Source: Dehalococcoidia bacterium UBA6803
GTDB taxonomy: Bacteria > Chloroflexota > Dehalococcoidia > GIF9 > AB-539-J10
Length of the DNA stretch: 42,631 nucleotides
Direction of reading: 5' to 3'
NCBI GenBank assembly: GCA_002452795.1
Contig: DKFF01000004.1
Location: forward strand, 1-42,631
The translations under genes and the position numbers were made by a program. This document shows, piece after piece, positions 18,967 through 27,341 of the stretch (positions are counted from its first letter, which is position 1; every line of letters begins with the position of its first letter). The notes beneath the pieces are model-generated. The model was not told the origin of the DNA. It worked only from the letters and a program-made list of their open reading frames with translations, and did not search any database.

Positions 18967-20397
18967 TTATTTTTTATCCTCTCCCCTTTCCTTATTTTTT
19001 GTTGCAGAAAAGGGTTTTGGCAGGGGCAAGGAACTGTCCCTGTAGGCTATCCTGCCGTTGATTATGGTTGCCATCACTTTGCCTTTGAGGGAATAGCCGT
19101 GAAAGGGTGTATTTTTGCCTCGAGAAACGAAGTTCTGGCCATCCACCTCCCACTCGCTGTCCGGGTCGAATATAGTGATATTTGCCCGAGACCCCTCCTT
19201 TAAGGTGCCCAGTTCACTCCCTCTGCCGATTATCTTTGCCGGTTCGCAGGTCAATTTGGAAATCAGCAGAGATATGCTTAACTGGTTGCTGTGCACCAGG
19301 CTCATAAGGCAGCCAAGGGCCGTCTCAAAACCGCTAATGCCAAAAGCCGCTTTGTCCATATCACAGTTTTTGTCTGCCAGAGTATGGGGAGCATGGTCGG
19401 TAGCAATGGCATCAATCACTCCTTCCCTGAGCCCGATGATGAGATGCTCTATGTCCTCCGCTGTTCTTAAAGGAGGGCTTACCTTAGCATTGCTGTTATA
19501 AAAGAGGGGAATGAGCTCTTTCTCCTCCCGGCTGCTTGCATGCTGGCGCAATTGCCGCAGGCAAAACGGCTGTTTGCCTATGACACTTTCCTCCGTCAGC
19601 GTCAGGTGATGGGGTGTGACCTCGGCTGTGACAGGCAAGCCCTTTTCCTTTGCCTGTCGGAGCAAGTCTACCGATCCCTGCGTGCTGACATGTGCGACAT
19701 GCAATTTTGCATGGGTTAATTCTGCCAGAATGAGGTCGCGGGCCAGCATAATTTCCTCAGCGGCTGACGGAATGCCCTTTAATCCCAGCATAGTCGAGAC
19801 CCATCCTTCATGCATAACGCCGTTATTGCTCAACGTCGTGTCTTCGCAGTGACTGACAATAGGCACTCCGAGGGCACGGCTGTAATCCATAGCGTGGCAC
19901 ATTAGTTGTGAATTGGTGACGGATGCCCCGTCGTCACTGAAAGCAATCACGCCTGCCCTTGCCAGCTCGTCCATATCAGCGAGCTCCAGTCCTTTTCTGC
20001 CCCTGGTAATACAACCTACCGGCAGGACATGAACCGAGCTTTCCTGCGCCGCTTTCCTCGTCACATATTCCACAATTGCACCGCTGTCTATCGGAGGATC
20101 TGTATTGGGCATGCAGCAAATGGTGGAATAGCCGCCCCTGGCAGCGGCGGCTATTCCGGTAGCTATGGTCTCTTTGTTTTCAAAACCTGGTTCGCGGAGA
20201 TGGCAATGAAGATCAATGAACCCCGGGCAAACAATCATGTTATTGGCAGGGAGAATAAGAGTGTCCTGTGGCATCTCTGGCACTCCTTCCCCTTCGTAAA
20301 CGATGCTATCCCCAAGCACCAACAGATTGCCGATGCGGTTTATTCCTCTGGACGGGTCGACCAGGCAACCTCCTTTGATGAATAGTGCCTGACTCAT
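18967..20397 (-). CDS. pyrC: dihydroorotase (class I), with internal insertion and C-terminal extension
   Basis: Motifs [21 protein letters not shown] and ATDHAPH. At 476 aa it is longer than the ~425-430 aa I would expect. Confidence 0.93.
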   Translation of the reverse strand: MSQALFIKGGCLVDPSRGINRIGNLLVLGDSIVYEGEGVPEMPQDTLILPANNMIVCPGFIDLHCHLREPGFENKETIATGIAAAARGGYSTICCMPNTDPPIDSGAIVEYVTRKAAQESSVHVLPVGCITRGRKGLELADMDELARAGVIAFSDDGASVTNSQLMCHAMDYSRALGVPIVSHCEDTTLSNNGVMHEGWVSTMLGLKGIPSAAEEIMLARDLILAELTHAKLHVAHVSTQGSVDLLRQAKEKGLPVTAEVTPHHLTLTEESVIGKQPFCLRQLRQHASSREEKELIPLFYNSNAKVSPPLRTAEDIEHLIIGLREGVIDAIATDHAPHTLADKNCDMDKAAFGISGFETALGCLMSLVHSNQLSISLLISKLTCEPAKIIGRGSELGTLKEGSRANITIFDPDSEWEVDGQNFVSRGKNTPFHGYSLKGKVMATIINGRIAYRDSSLPLPKPFSATKNKERGEDKK

Positions 20398-21398
20398 TCT
20401 GCGTGATTCCCTCCTGTTATTAAATAAAGAAGTGCCATGCGTATTGCTACCCCGTTGCTTATCTGCTTATCGATTACAGATTGAGCCCCTGAAGCTATTT
20501 CCGGTGTGATCTCAATATCTTCGTTTATTGGGCCAGGGTGGAGAACCAGTGCGCCGGGTTTAGCCAGAGAGAGTCGCTGTTCTGTCAGTTGATAAAGGCG
20601 TACGTATTCTCTTATGCTAGGCAGCAACCCGCTTTCCTGCCTTTCTCCCTGTAATCTCAAAAGCATAATCACATCTGCCCCCCTTAGCGCTTCCTCCATA
20701 TTGGTCGTGACAACTATGGGTGCCAGATGAGAATTACTGACAAAACCGTCCAGGTGTCGAGGCAACAGAGTATATGGAGCACAAAGGGTAATTTTTATTC
20801 CCATAGCATTCATTCCCCAGATATTGGATCTGGCTACGCGGCTGTGTTTGATATCGCCGACAATCGTTACCTTTAATCCCTCCAAATTGCCCAGGCATTG
20901 TCGTATTGTATAGAGGTCGAGAAGGGATTGAGAGGGATGAGCGTGCCAGCCGTCTCCGGCGTTCAATATACTGCTCCTTATCTCCCTGGCGGCAAGGTAA
21001 GGAGCTCCTGCCTGAGGATGGCGGATAACTATTGTGTCGGCTCCCAGGTTTTGCAAAGTATGCAAGGTATTGATAAAGGATTCTCCTTTGAGCATGCTGC
21101 TTTTAGCAGTATCCAGACTGATTGTACTGGCTCCGAGGTGTTTAGCGGCGAGTTCGAAGGAGGAGCGAGTGCGGGTACTTGGTTCGATAAAGAAATTAGC
21201 AATGATCTTACCCCTGAGCGTGGGCACCTGTTTTATTTTTCGCCCCAGTACCTCCAACATGGCGTCTCCCGTTTTAAACACGAGCTCTATTTCGTCTTTG
21301 CTGAAATCATCCAGGTCGAGGATATGTCGACGTCGCAGAGTGGCGGAAGGAGACGAGAAACCGCTGGCGTTGTCGTGTTCTGAAAATGCTGTCGTCAT
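20394..21398 (-). CDS. pyrB: aspartate carbamoyltransferase catalytic subunit
   Basis: Motifs [21 protein letters not shown] and LHPGPIN. ATGA overlaps occur with both pyrR and pyrC. Confidence 0.95.
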   Translation of the reverse strand: MTTAFSEHDNASGFSSPSATLRRRHILDLDDFSKDEIELVFKTGDAMLEVLGRKIKQVPTLRGKIIANFFIEPSTRTRSSFELAAKHLGASTISLDTAKSSMLKGESFINTLHTLQNLGADTIVIRHPQAGAPYLAAREIRSSILNAGDGWHAHPSQSLLDLYTIRQCLGNLEGLKVTIVGDIKHSRVARSNIWGMNAMGIKITLCAPYTLLPRHLDGFVSNSHLAPIVVTTNMEEALRGADVIMLLRLQGERQESGLLPSIREYVRLYQLTEQRLSLAKPGALVLHPGPINEDIEITPEIASGAQSVIDKQISNGVAIRMALLYLITGGNHAE

Positions 21399-21940
21399 GG
21401 GTTTTGTGTCCTCTTTGTGATGATCACCTCGTCTTTGCCTTCTGTTTCCTTAAAATGTATCTTTATTTCCTCATTTTGGGAAGTGGGGATGTTTTTGCCT
21501 GTGTAGTCGGCTCTAATAGGTAATTCACGATGCCCCCGGTCAATGAGCACTGCCAACTGAATTGATTTTGGTCGTCCCGTGTCCATGAGAGCGTCCATAG
21601 CAGCCCGGATACTTCGTCCTGTATATAGAACGTCGTCAACAAGTATGATCTGTTTGCCTGTAATATCGATGGGTATGTCGCTGTCGTGGATAATAGGCCT
21701 GAGATTATTCGTAGAGACGTCGTCACGATATAGGCCGATATCCAGGGTGCCCACAGTAACAGCTATTTCTTCAAATTCTCGAATCATCCCTGCCAGACGC
21801 TTTGCTAATGGCACCCCCCTGGTTTGTATTCCGATCAGCACAAGATTTTCCGTGCCTCTATTTTTCTCTACGACCTCATGGGCGATGCGGAGCAATGTTC
21901 GCTTGATATCACTCGAAGTCATAAGAATCTTCTCGGACAT
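21395..21940 (-). CDS. pyrR: bifunctional pyr operon regulator / uracil phosphoribosyltransferase
   Basis: PRPP motif [17 protein letters not shown] trimmed the start to MSEKILMTS (ATG at 21940, SD GGAGG 7 nt upstream). The 24-codon extension in the track would run through the attenuator hairpin. Confidence 0.92.
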   Translation of the reverse strand: MSEKILMTSSDIKRTLLRIAHEVVEKNRGTENLVLIGIQTRGVPLAKRLAGMIREFEEIAVTVGTLDIGLYRDDVSTNNLRPIIHDSDIPIDITGKQIILVDDVLYTGRSIRAAMDALMDTGRPKSIQLAVLIDRGHRELPIRADYTGKNIPTSQNEEIKIHFKETEGKDEVIITKRTQNP

Positions 21941-21976
21941 TAAAAAACCTCCTGCCTGTTGACCGGCAAGAGGTTT
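21941..21976 (-). terminator. pyr leader attenuator hairpin (intrinsic terminator that also sequesters the pyrR SD)
   Basis: Minus strand reads AACCUCUUGCC-GGUCAACA-GGCAGGAGGUU followed by UUUUA then AUG. This is an 11-bp stem with one G.U pair. The 3' arm contains the GGAGG Shine-Dalgarno sequence. Confidence 0.7.
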
Positions 21977-22035
21977 ATGCATGAAAAACCCTCGTAGAAC
22001 AAACCGCCACAAGTTTGCCTACTGCGCATACCATT

Positions 22036-22066
22036 CCTTACCGGCCTCACTGAACCGGTTTAAAGG
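22036..22066 (-). promoter_or_regulatory. PyrR-binding RNA hairpin (anti-antiterminator)
   Basis: Minus strand reads CCUUUAA-ACCGG-UUCAGUGAGG-CCGGU-AAGG. This matches the remembered PyrR binding-loop pattern (CCUUUAA ... UCCAGAGAGG ... AAGG). Its 3' half, GGCCGGUAAG, can pair with CUUGCCGGUC of the terminator 5' arm/loop to form an antiterminator. Confidence 0.7.
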
Positions 22067-22076
22067 TCCGACTTAG

Positions 22077-22106
22077 ATTCTAGCATGATGTTGCATGTCC
22101 AGGCAA
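22077..22106 (-). promoter_or_regulatory. candidate promoter of the pyr operon
   Basis: Minus strand TTGCCT, 18 nt, TAGAAT. The predicted TSS lies a few nt before the PyrR-binding hairpin. Confidence 0.5.
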
Positions 22107-22147
22107 CTGGCTTTGTTGTAACGCGTAACGGGAAAGAAGGAAAGCTC

Positions 22148-22176
22148 TTGACAAAAGAATAGTTGTCTTTGATAAT
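22148..22176 (+). promoter_or_regulatory. candidate divergent promoter for the P-loop kinase gene
   Basis: TTGACA, 17 nt, GATAAT, which is near consensus. Confidence 0.45.
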
Positions 22177-22771
22177 GATTACCTTGGCAGCAGGCGGTTT
22201 AAAAGATGATGTTGAAAAATTAAGGCAAAGCCTTGTTAGCTTGCCGTCGCCTTGTGTGGACACTCCTTTTGTGGTGGTTTGTGGCTTGCCTGGCATGGGG
22301 AAGTCTCTTTTTTGTCGTAAGCTTGCTGAACGATTGCCTTTTGTAAATTTGTCCAGCGACGCGTTGCGCAGACAGCTTTTTCTTCGTCCGTCCTATAGTG
22401 ACGAAGAAAATAAACGCCTGTTTCCTGTCTGCCATATCTTGATGAGGGATCTTTTGAAGCAGGGCATACCTGTAATCTTTGATGCCACAAATTTGTTGGA
22501 GCGCCATCGAGAATATCTCTACCGCATCGCTGACGAAACCAGAGCAAGGCTTTTCTTAGTACGCGTGGAAGCTCCACCGGCTATAGCGCGTTGGCGCCTT
22601 GAAAATCGCAAGCGTAAGATGCAGGATGACGGTGAGTCGGTAGCTGATTGGGAAATATATCGGCGAATGAAGTTGCGAACAGAGGCTATTTCCCGCAATC
22701 ATTTCGTTGTTGATACCTCCGGGGATATCTCTCCGGCGATTGAAAAAATTGTGCGTCTAATCAAGAAGTGA
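22163..22771 (+). CDS. P-loop kinase, AAA_33 / polynucleotide-kinase-like family (start codon uncertain)
   Basis: Walker A VVCGLPGMGKS, and a VIFDATN motif typical of PNK-like kinases. The track start at 22163 lies inside the predicted promoter. In-frame alternatives are at 22184 (TTG), 22241 (TTG) and 22256 (GTG). Confidence 0.75.
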   Translation: MSLIMITLAAGGLKDDVEKLRQSLVSLPSPCVDTPFVVVCGLPGMGKSLFCRKLAERLPFVNLSSDALRRQLFLRPSYSDEENKRLFPVCHILMRDLLKQGIPVIFDATNLLERHREYLYRIADETRARLFLVRVEAPPAIARWRLENRKRKMQDDGESVADWEIYRRMKLRTEAISRNHFVVDTSGDISPAIEKIVRLIKK

Positions 22772-22860
22772 GTAACTTCCCTCTTCATTTTTACATGCAG
22801 GTAATGTAAAATACCTCTCTGTCCTAATTAAAAAGGTGTCTGCGCAGGGGGGATAATTTC

Positions 22861-24372
22861 ATGGAATTCAAAGTTTTATTTGACGACATAGCCCGAATTG
22901 AGGCTGATGCTGTTGTGGTTGCCTTGTTGGAAGGAGAAAAAGAGCTCCAGGGAGCTATTGCTTTGGTGGATAGAGCTTTGAATGGAGCTATCAGTTCTCT
23001 TATTGAACAAAACGGTTTCAAAAGCAAATTCAAGGAGCCCGGCATAATTTATACTCTGGGCAATTTGCCCTCCAGGATGGTGGCGGTTGTCGGGTTGGGA
23101 AAGAGGGAAGAGCTGACAGAGGACAGCGTTCGCAGTGCAATCGGGGAGGCTGCTCGTTCTCTGCGCAGGCTTAATTGTCGTAGCATAGCCGTGTCGTTGC
23201 ACACTTTCGGTGCCGAGATTATTGAGCCTGCCGCCCTGGCTGAGGCCGTCGTGGAGGGTTCTCTTCTCGGGCTTTATACTTTTAGCTCATATAAGGAATC
23301 TGAATACGGAGAGGTTGAGCGGATAATTATGGTGGCGGGAGATAAAAAAGAGCTTTCTTCTGTCGAAAAAGGGATTTGCCTGGGGCAAGTAACAGCAGAG
23401 GCCACCATTATGGCTAGAGACATGGCTAACGAGCCGGGGAATGTCATGACGCCTGGTCGGATAGCTGAATTGGCAGGAGAGGTGTCACGGAAATATGGCT
23501 TGGGTCTTGTTGTTCTAGACAGGCAGGAAATGGGTCTGCTGGGCATGAACCTTATTCTGGGTGTAGCAAGCGGGAGCAACGAGCCACCTAGCACGGTAGT
23601 GCTTGATTATCGAGGAGATGAGTCGTCTCAGGACTATTTGGGTTTTATTGGCAAGGGAATTACTTTTGACTCCGGGGGAATTTCTATCAAGCCGGCAGCG
23701 GGCATGGAGGAGATGAAAAGCGATATGTCTGGAGGGGCGGCAGTCATGGCGGCATTAAGTGCCATTGCCAGGTTGAAGCTCAAAATCAATATTATCGTGG
23801 TTATCCCGGCTACGGAGAATTTGCCCGGTGGTAGCGCTATGAAGCCTGGCGACGTGATAAAAGCAATGAATGGCAAAACGGTGGAGGTGGTGAATACCGA
23901 TGCCGAGGGAAGGCTGGTTCTGGCTGATGCTTTGAGCTATGCCGTGAGGGAAAGAAAGATATCCGCACTGGTGGATGTAGCTACCTTAACCGGCGCCTGT
24001 TGTGTCGCTTTGGGCACCGGCTACAGTGGCATTTTTGGTAATAATCAAGAGCTTATAGATAAGATTGTCAACGCGGGGGCTGAAGAAGGAGAGAAGTTTT
24101 GGCCAATGCCCTTGCCAGAGGACTATAGGCAGCAGATTAAAAGTGAGATCGCTGATATCAAGAATACAGGAGAAAAATACGGTGGAGCTATAACTGCGGC
24201 CCTTTTTCTTTCTGAATTCGTTGAGGAAGTTCCCTGGGTGCATCTGGATATAGCGGGCACTGCATTTGGCAATAAAGATAGTGGTTATCTGACAAAGGGA
24301 GCGACAGGGGTAGGAGTACGCACTCTGATTAAGTTCGCACTAACGCAAGCCCAGGAGAAAAAGGCGCGATGA
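22861..24372 (+). CDS. pepA: leucyl aminopeptidase (M17)
   Basis: Signature NTDAEGRLVLADAL, plus GKGITFDSGG and the metal-ligand context. Confidence 0.94.
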   Translation: MEFKVLFDDIARIEADAVVVALLEGEKELQGAIALVDRALNGAISSLIEQNGFKSKFKEPGIIYTLGNLPSRMVAVVGLGKREELTEDSVRSAIGEAARSLRRLNCRSIAVSLHTFGAEIIEPAALAEAVVEGSLLGLYTFSSYKESEYGEVERIIMVAGDKKELSSVEKGICLGQVTAEATIMARDMANEPGNVMTPGRIAELAGEVSRKYGLGLVVLDRQEMGLLGMNLILGVASGSNEPPSTVVLDYRGDESSQDYLGFIGKGITFDSGGISIKPAAGMEEMKSDMSGGAAVMAALSAIARLKLKINIIVVIPATENLPGGSAMKPGDVIKAMNGKTVEVVNTDAEGRLVLADALSYAVRERKISALVDVATLTGACCVALGTGYSGIFGNNQELIDKIVNAGAEEGEKFWPMPLPEDYRQQIKSEIADIKNTGEKYGGAITAALFLSEFVEEVPWVHLDIAGTAFGNKDSGYLTKGATGVGVRTLIKFALTQAQEKKAR

Positions 24373-24604
24373 AGATATATAGTGTTTGGGGTAGGCCTGT
24401 TCCCTGTTGATATTCCGGGCATGAGAGATGGTGGTGAGTCTTTATATGCAGGGAAGGGATAGGTCCATTGAAGAAAGGCTTCTCTCTCTTTCTCTCAGGT
24501 TGTGGTTTTGCCGGCGTTTCCGTGGTGATAAAGAGATTATGCTTAAAATGGGATTTATGCGGTAGAGTACGATCTTCTTATCCCGTGGATGTCGTTGAAA
24601 GATA

Positions 24605-25342
24605 ATGTTAATAGAAGCAGATAAATTTGAGTTTGTTGCCCCGCGCCAGCTTTCTTGGGCGCGGCGCGTTTTGATCAAGCCGTGCGCCGGATATCCTGCA
24701 CCTTATCCTGTAACTACCGACCCGAAGATATTGAAAGTTATCGTGGAGGGCATCAGGAAGGTTAGCGACGCTGATATTCTCATTGCCGATGGAACTCCTA
24801 CGGGAGACTCTATTTATCCCGTATACAAAAAACTGGGTTACGATTTTTCGCATGTGCTCATGCTTGATGTCAAGGATTCTATTTTTGTGGAAGTGGAAAA
24901 CCCGCTGCCTCAATTTCTGGCCGTGCCTACCTTTTGGATACCCAACATTGTTTTGCGTAGCGATTTTCTTATCAGTGTGACGCCTTTCAAAGTCGGTCGA
25001 AGCGCCGGTTGGCTCAGCATAGCGAATCTTTTGAGTTTGCTGCCTGTAGACAGGTATCGGAAAGATGATTCTGGTGGTTGGGGAGCGTTGTATGAACTGG
25101 GTATAGAAAAGGTGTTGGCTGATCTTTATTTCACCATTCCTTTTGATATGGGAATTATTGAGGCAGGGAGGAGGTTCTCTTTCATCGACAATCCTGTTGA
25201 AGGGCAAGAGAGGAAAGAGGAACGCGGCGGTGTTTTTTATGGTGAGCCATATGAAGTGGACAAAGAGGTTTCGCAGCAGTTTGGTCTGGAAAAAGGCTAC
25301 CTGGAATCGATCGGCAGTGGCGGAGATCAGGCAGGCGGCTGA
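24605..25342 (+). CDS. DUF362-like domain protein
   Basis: RVLIKPCAGYP...TTDPKILKVIVEGI...ADILIADG and SDFLISVTPFKV...LSIANLL resemble the DUF362 pattern (vlIKPN ... aDvlInlpklK ... KNl). The match is degenerate and there is no ferredoxin domain. Confidence 0.6.
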   Translation: MLIEADKFEFVAPRQLSWARRVLIKPCAGYPAPYPVTTDPKILKVIVEGIRKVSDADILIADGTPTGDSIYPVYKKLGYDFSHVLMLDVKDSIFVEVENPLPQFLAVPTFWIPNIVLRSDFLISVTPFKVGRSAGWLSIANLLSLLPVDRYRKDDSGGWGALYELGIEKVLADLYFTIPFDMGIIEAGRRFSFIDNPVEGQERKEERGGVFYGEPYEVDKEVSQQFGLEKGYLESIGSGGDQAGG

Positions 25343-25393
25343 AAGAGTCGCCTTTGGTATTTCATGAAAAAGTCCTTATAACCCAAGCAGGTA

Positions 25394-26356
25394 TTAAATT
25401 CCGGCAATAAGTGGGTATGCTCTGTTTTTTTCCAGTCGGTTCAATCCGGCTTGGCGTGCTAGCGCCATCGCTTCCTGGAACTCTGTCGCCGTTATGGGTC
25501 GTGCCAGGGCGGGTGTTTTATGCGCCATGTAGCAGGGGTAATATTGGGCCAGAATGTTAACATAAGTATTAGAAGAAATTTCATTGGCAAGGAAAGTTGT
25601 TATTTCTCTGGTCCCCGCCAGACCATGAGGAAGCACCAGGTGGCGGACAAGGAGTCCGTGCTCAGCTATTCCCTCTTTGTCCATTTGCAAATCGCCAGAT
25701 TGTCGGTGCATTTCCTTGATTGCATCTTTGTTTATTGCCGGGTAATTATCTATTCCTGACAGCTGTTTGGCAGTTTCGGCGTCGCCGTATTTCATATCGG
25801 GCAGATAAATGTCGATAATATTTTCCAGCAATTTCAGGGTCGTGACTGAATCATAACCGCCTGAATTGTAAACCAGGGGGAGGTGTAGTCCTTTCCCTAT
25901 CGCTATTTCCAGCGCTTCCAGAATTTGTGGCACCACGTGCGTAGGAGTTACCAGGTTGATATTGTGACATCCTTTATCCTGTAGGAGCAGCATGATCCGG
26001 GCCAGTTCTTCCGCGCTTGTCTCCTTTCCTTTATTTGTCTGGCTTATGTAGTAGTTTTGGCAAAAAATGCATTTCAAGTTGCAGCCTGAGAAAAATATGG
26101 CCCCCGAACCGTGCTTTCCCACAATCGGCGCCTCCTCTCCCCTGTGGACACCATAACCGTATACTATTGCCCTGGCGGATATCTGACATTTCCCCACCTC
26201 TCCTGCCAGCCTGTTAATGCCGCAATGATGCGGGCATAGGGTGCATCCTTTCAGCAACGCCTGTGCTTCTTTTATGCGTCCTGCTAGTTCGCCGTGATGT
26301 TGTAATTGTAAATATGCTGCCGCCTGCAAGGCAGGGCTCCTTCCAGTCGAAACCAT
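25394..26356 (-). CDS. radical SAM protein, PflX-like (COG1313-type homologue of PFL-activating enzymes)
   Basis: CxxxCxxC motif in GSGAIFFSGCNLKCIFCQNYYISQ. N-terminal cysteine cluster is CTLCPHHCGINRLAGEVGKC. The gene starts 12 nt after the rnc stop. Confidence 0.85.
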   Translation of the reverse strand: MVSTGRSPALQAAAYLQLQHHGELAGRIKEAQALLKGCTLCPHHCGINRLAGEVGKCQISARAIVYGYGVHRGEEAPIVGKHGSGAIFFSGCNLKCIFCQNYYISQTNKGKETSAEELARIMLLLQDKGCHNINLVTPTHVVPQILEALEIAIGKGLHLPLVYNSGGYDSVTTLKLLENIIDIYLPDMKYGDAETAKQLSGIDNYPAINKDAIKEMHRQSGDLQMDKEGIAEHGLLVRHLVLPHGLAGTREITTFLANEISSNTYVNILAQYYPCYMAHKTPALARPITATEFQEAMALARQAGLNRLEKNRAYPLIAGI

Positions 26357-26368
26357 CTTTGCATAATA

Positions 26369-27097
26369 TTAGTTTGTGTTTTTCGGAAAAAGGTCAATGC
26401 CATCCTCTTCGTTCATGATTATTTCCCAGGCTGAACGGGCTGCCGCCATTTCCGCTTCTTTTTTGTTCTTCCCCGTACCCTGTCCCAGGGCTTTATCCTT
26501 CACGAACACTTCAATGACGAATTGCCGATCATGATCCGGGCCGGATGCTTTCAATACGCGGTAAGTTGGCGATGCCAGTCCCTTGCTCTGCGCTAATTCC
26601 TGTAAATATTTTTTATAGTTAAATATTATTTTGCCTTTCTTTAGTTTTGTCATCACCGGGCCAAATTGCGAGATAATAAATTCTCTGGTCCTATCGATCC
26701 CCTGGTCAAGAAAAATAGCCCCGATGACTGCCTCCAGCGCATTTTCCAGGTTGCTTTGTCTTTCTCTGCCGCTATTTGCTTCTTCGCCATGCCCCAGCAG
26801 AAGATAATGACCAAGGTTGAGAGAAAATGCTATTTGTGCCAGAGTTTTATGGCAGACCAGCGATGCCCGCATAGTGGTCAGGTCTCCCTCCGTCAACTGG
26901 GGGAATTCCCTGTACAGTTGTTCTCCTATGACGAAATTCAGCACAGCGTCACCCAGGAATTCCAGTCGCTCGTTGCAGGGCAGGGGAAAGTCCGGATCTT
27001 CGTTGAGGTAGGAACTGTGGGTCAAGGCTTGTTCCAACAAAGAAGCATCCTGGAAGAAGACGCCCAGGGTACTTTGGCAGGTTTTCCAATTGTTCAT
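26369..27097 (-). CDS. rnc: ribonuclease III
   Basis: Signature NERLEFLGDAVL, with a C-terminal dsRBD (GPDHDRQF...GTGKNKKEAEMAAA). Confidence 0.94.
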   Translation of the reverse strand: MNNWKTCQSTLGVFFQDASLLEQALTHSSYLNEDPDFPLPCNERLEFLGDAVLNFVIGEQLYREFPQLTEGDLTTMRASLVCHKTLAQIAFSLNLGHYLLLGHGEEANSGRERQSNLENALEAVIGAIFLDQGIDRTREFIISQFGPVMTKLKKGKIIFNYKKYLQELAQSKGLASPTYRVLKASGPDHDRQFVIEVFVKDKALGQGTGKNKKEAEMAAARSAWEIIMNEEDGIDLFPKNTN

Positions 27098-27341
27098 CTA
27101 GTTTCTCTTGTGTATCGCCTGAAGAGTATATCAGCATCAGATTATATTGCTCAATGGCAATGATGTTTTATGGCCGTTCAGCGAGCGGCCTTTCCTTGGT
27201 GTTACTTTACATAAAAAGGAGAGCTTGATGACTTTTGTCTCGGGCTTCTGGTAGAATTCACGGGAAGAGATTTTTGCCAGTGCGATGTTCTATCGTTTCC
27301 TTGATCTCTAAGCGACAGAGTCCAGGAGTATCAGGTGTTTC

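Noticed and set aside
25394-26356. The idea that this radical SAM enzyme is the missing AmmeMemoRadiSam partner of the Memo gene at 1..471.
   Set aside because: It lies 25 kb away in a different operon (with rnc). Its HRGEEAPIVG..GSGAIFFSGCNLKCIFCQN layout fits the PflX/COG1313 type rather than the AmmeMemoRadiSam-type enzyme as I remember it. This needs an HMM check.
27174-27210. Hairpin GGCCG-TTCAGCGA-CGGCC followed by TTTCCTT in the rnc/argJ spacer, considered as a small RNA or terminator.
   Set aside because: The stem is only 5 bp, the U-tract is poor, and no upstream + strand gene needs terminating. The evidence is insufficient.
27228-27254. An 8-codon mini-ORF (MTFVSGFW) with a strong SD (AAAGGAGAG) in the rnc/argJ divergent spacer, considered as a possible arginine attenuation leader peptide.
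   Set aside because: It contains no Arg codons, and I found no terminator/antiterminator pair after it. I also found no convincing ARG box, only a GAATTCA fragment.
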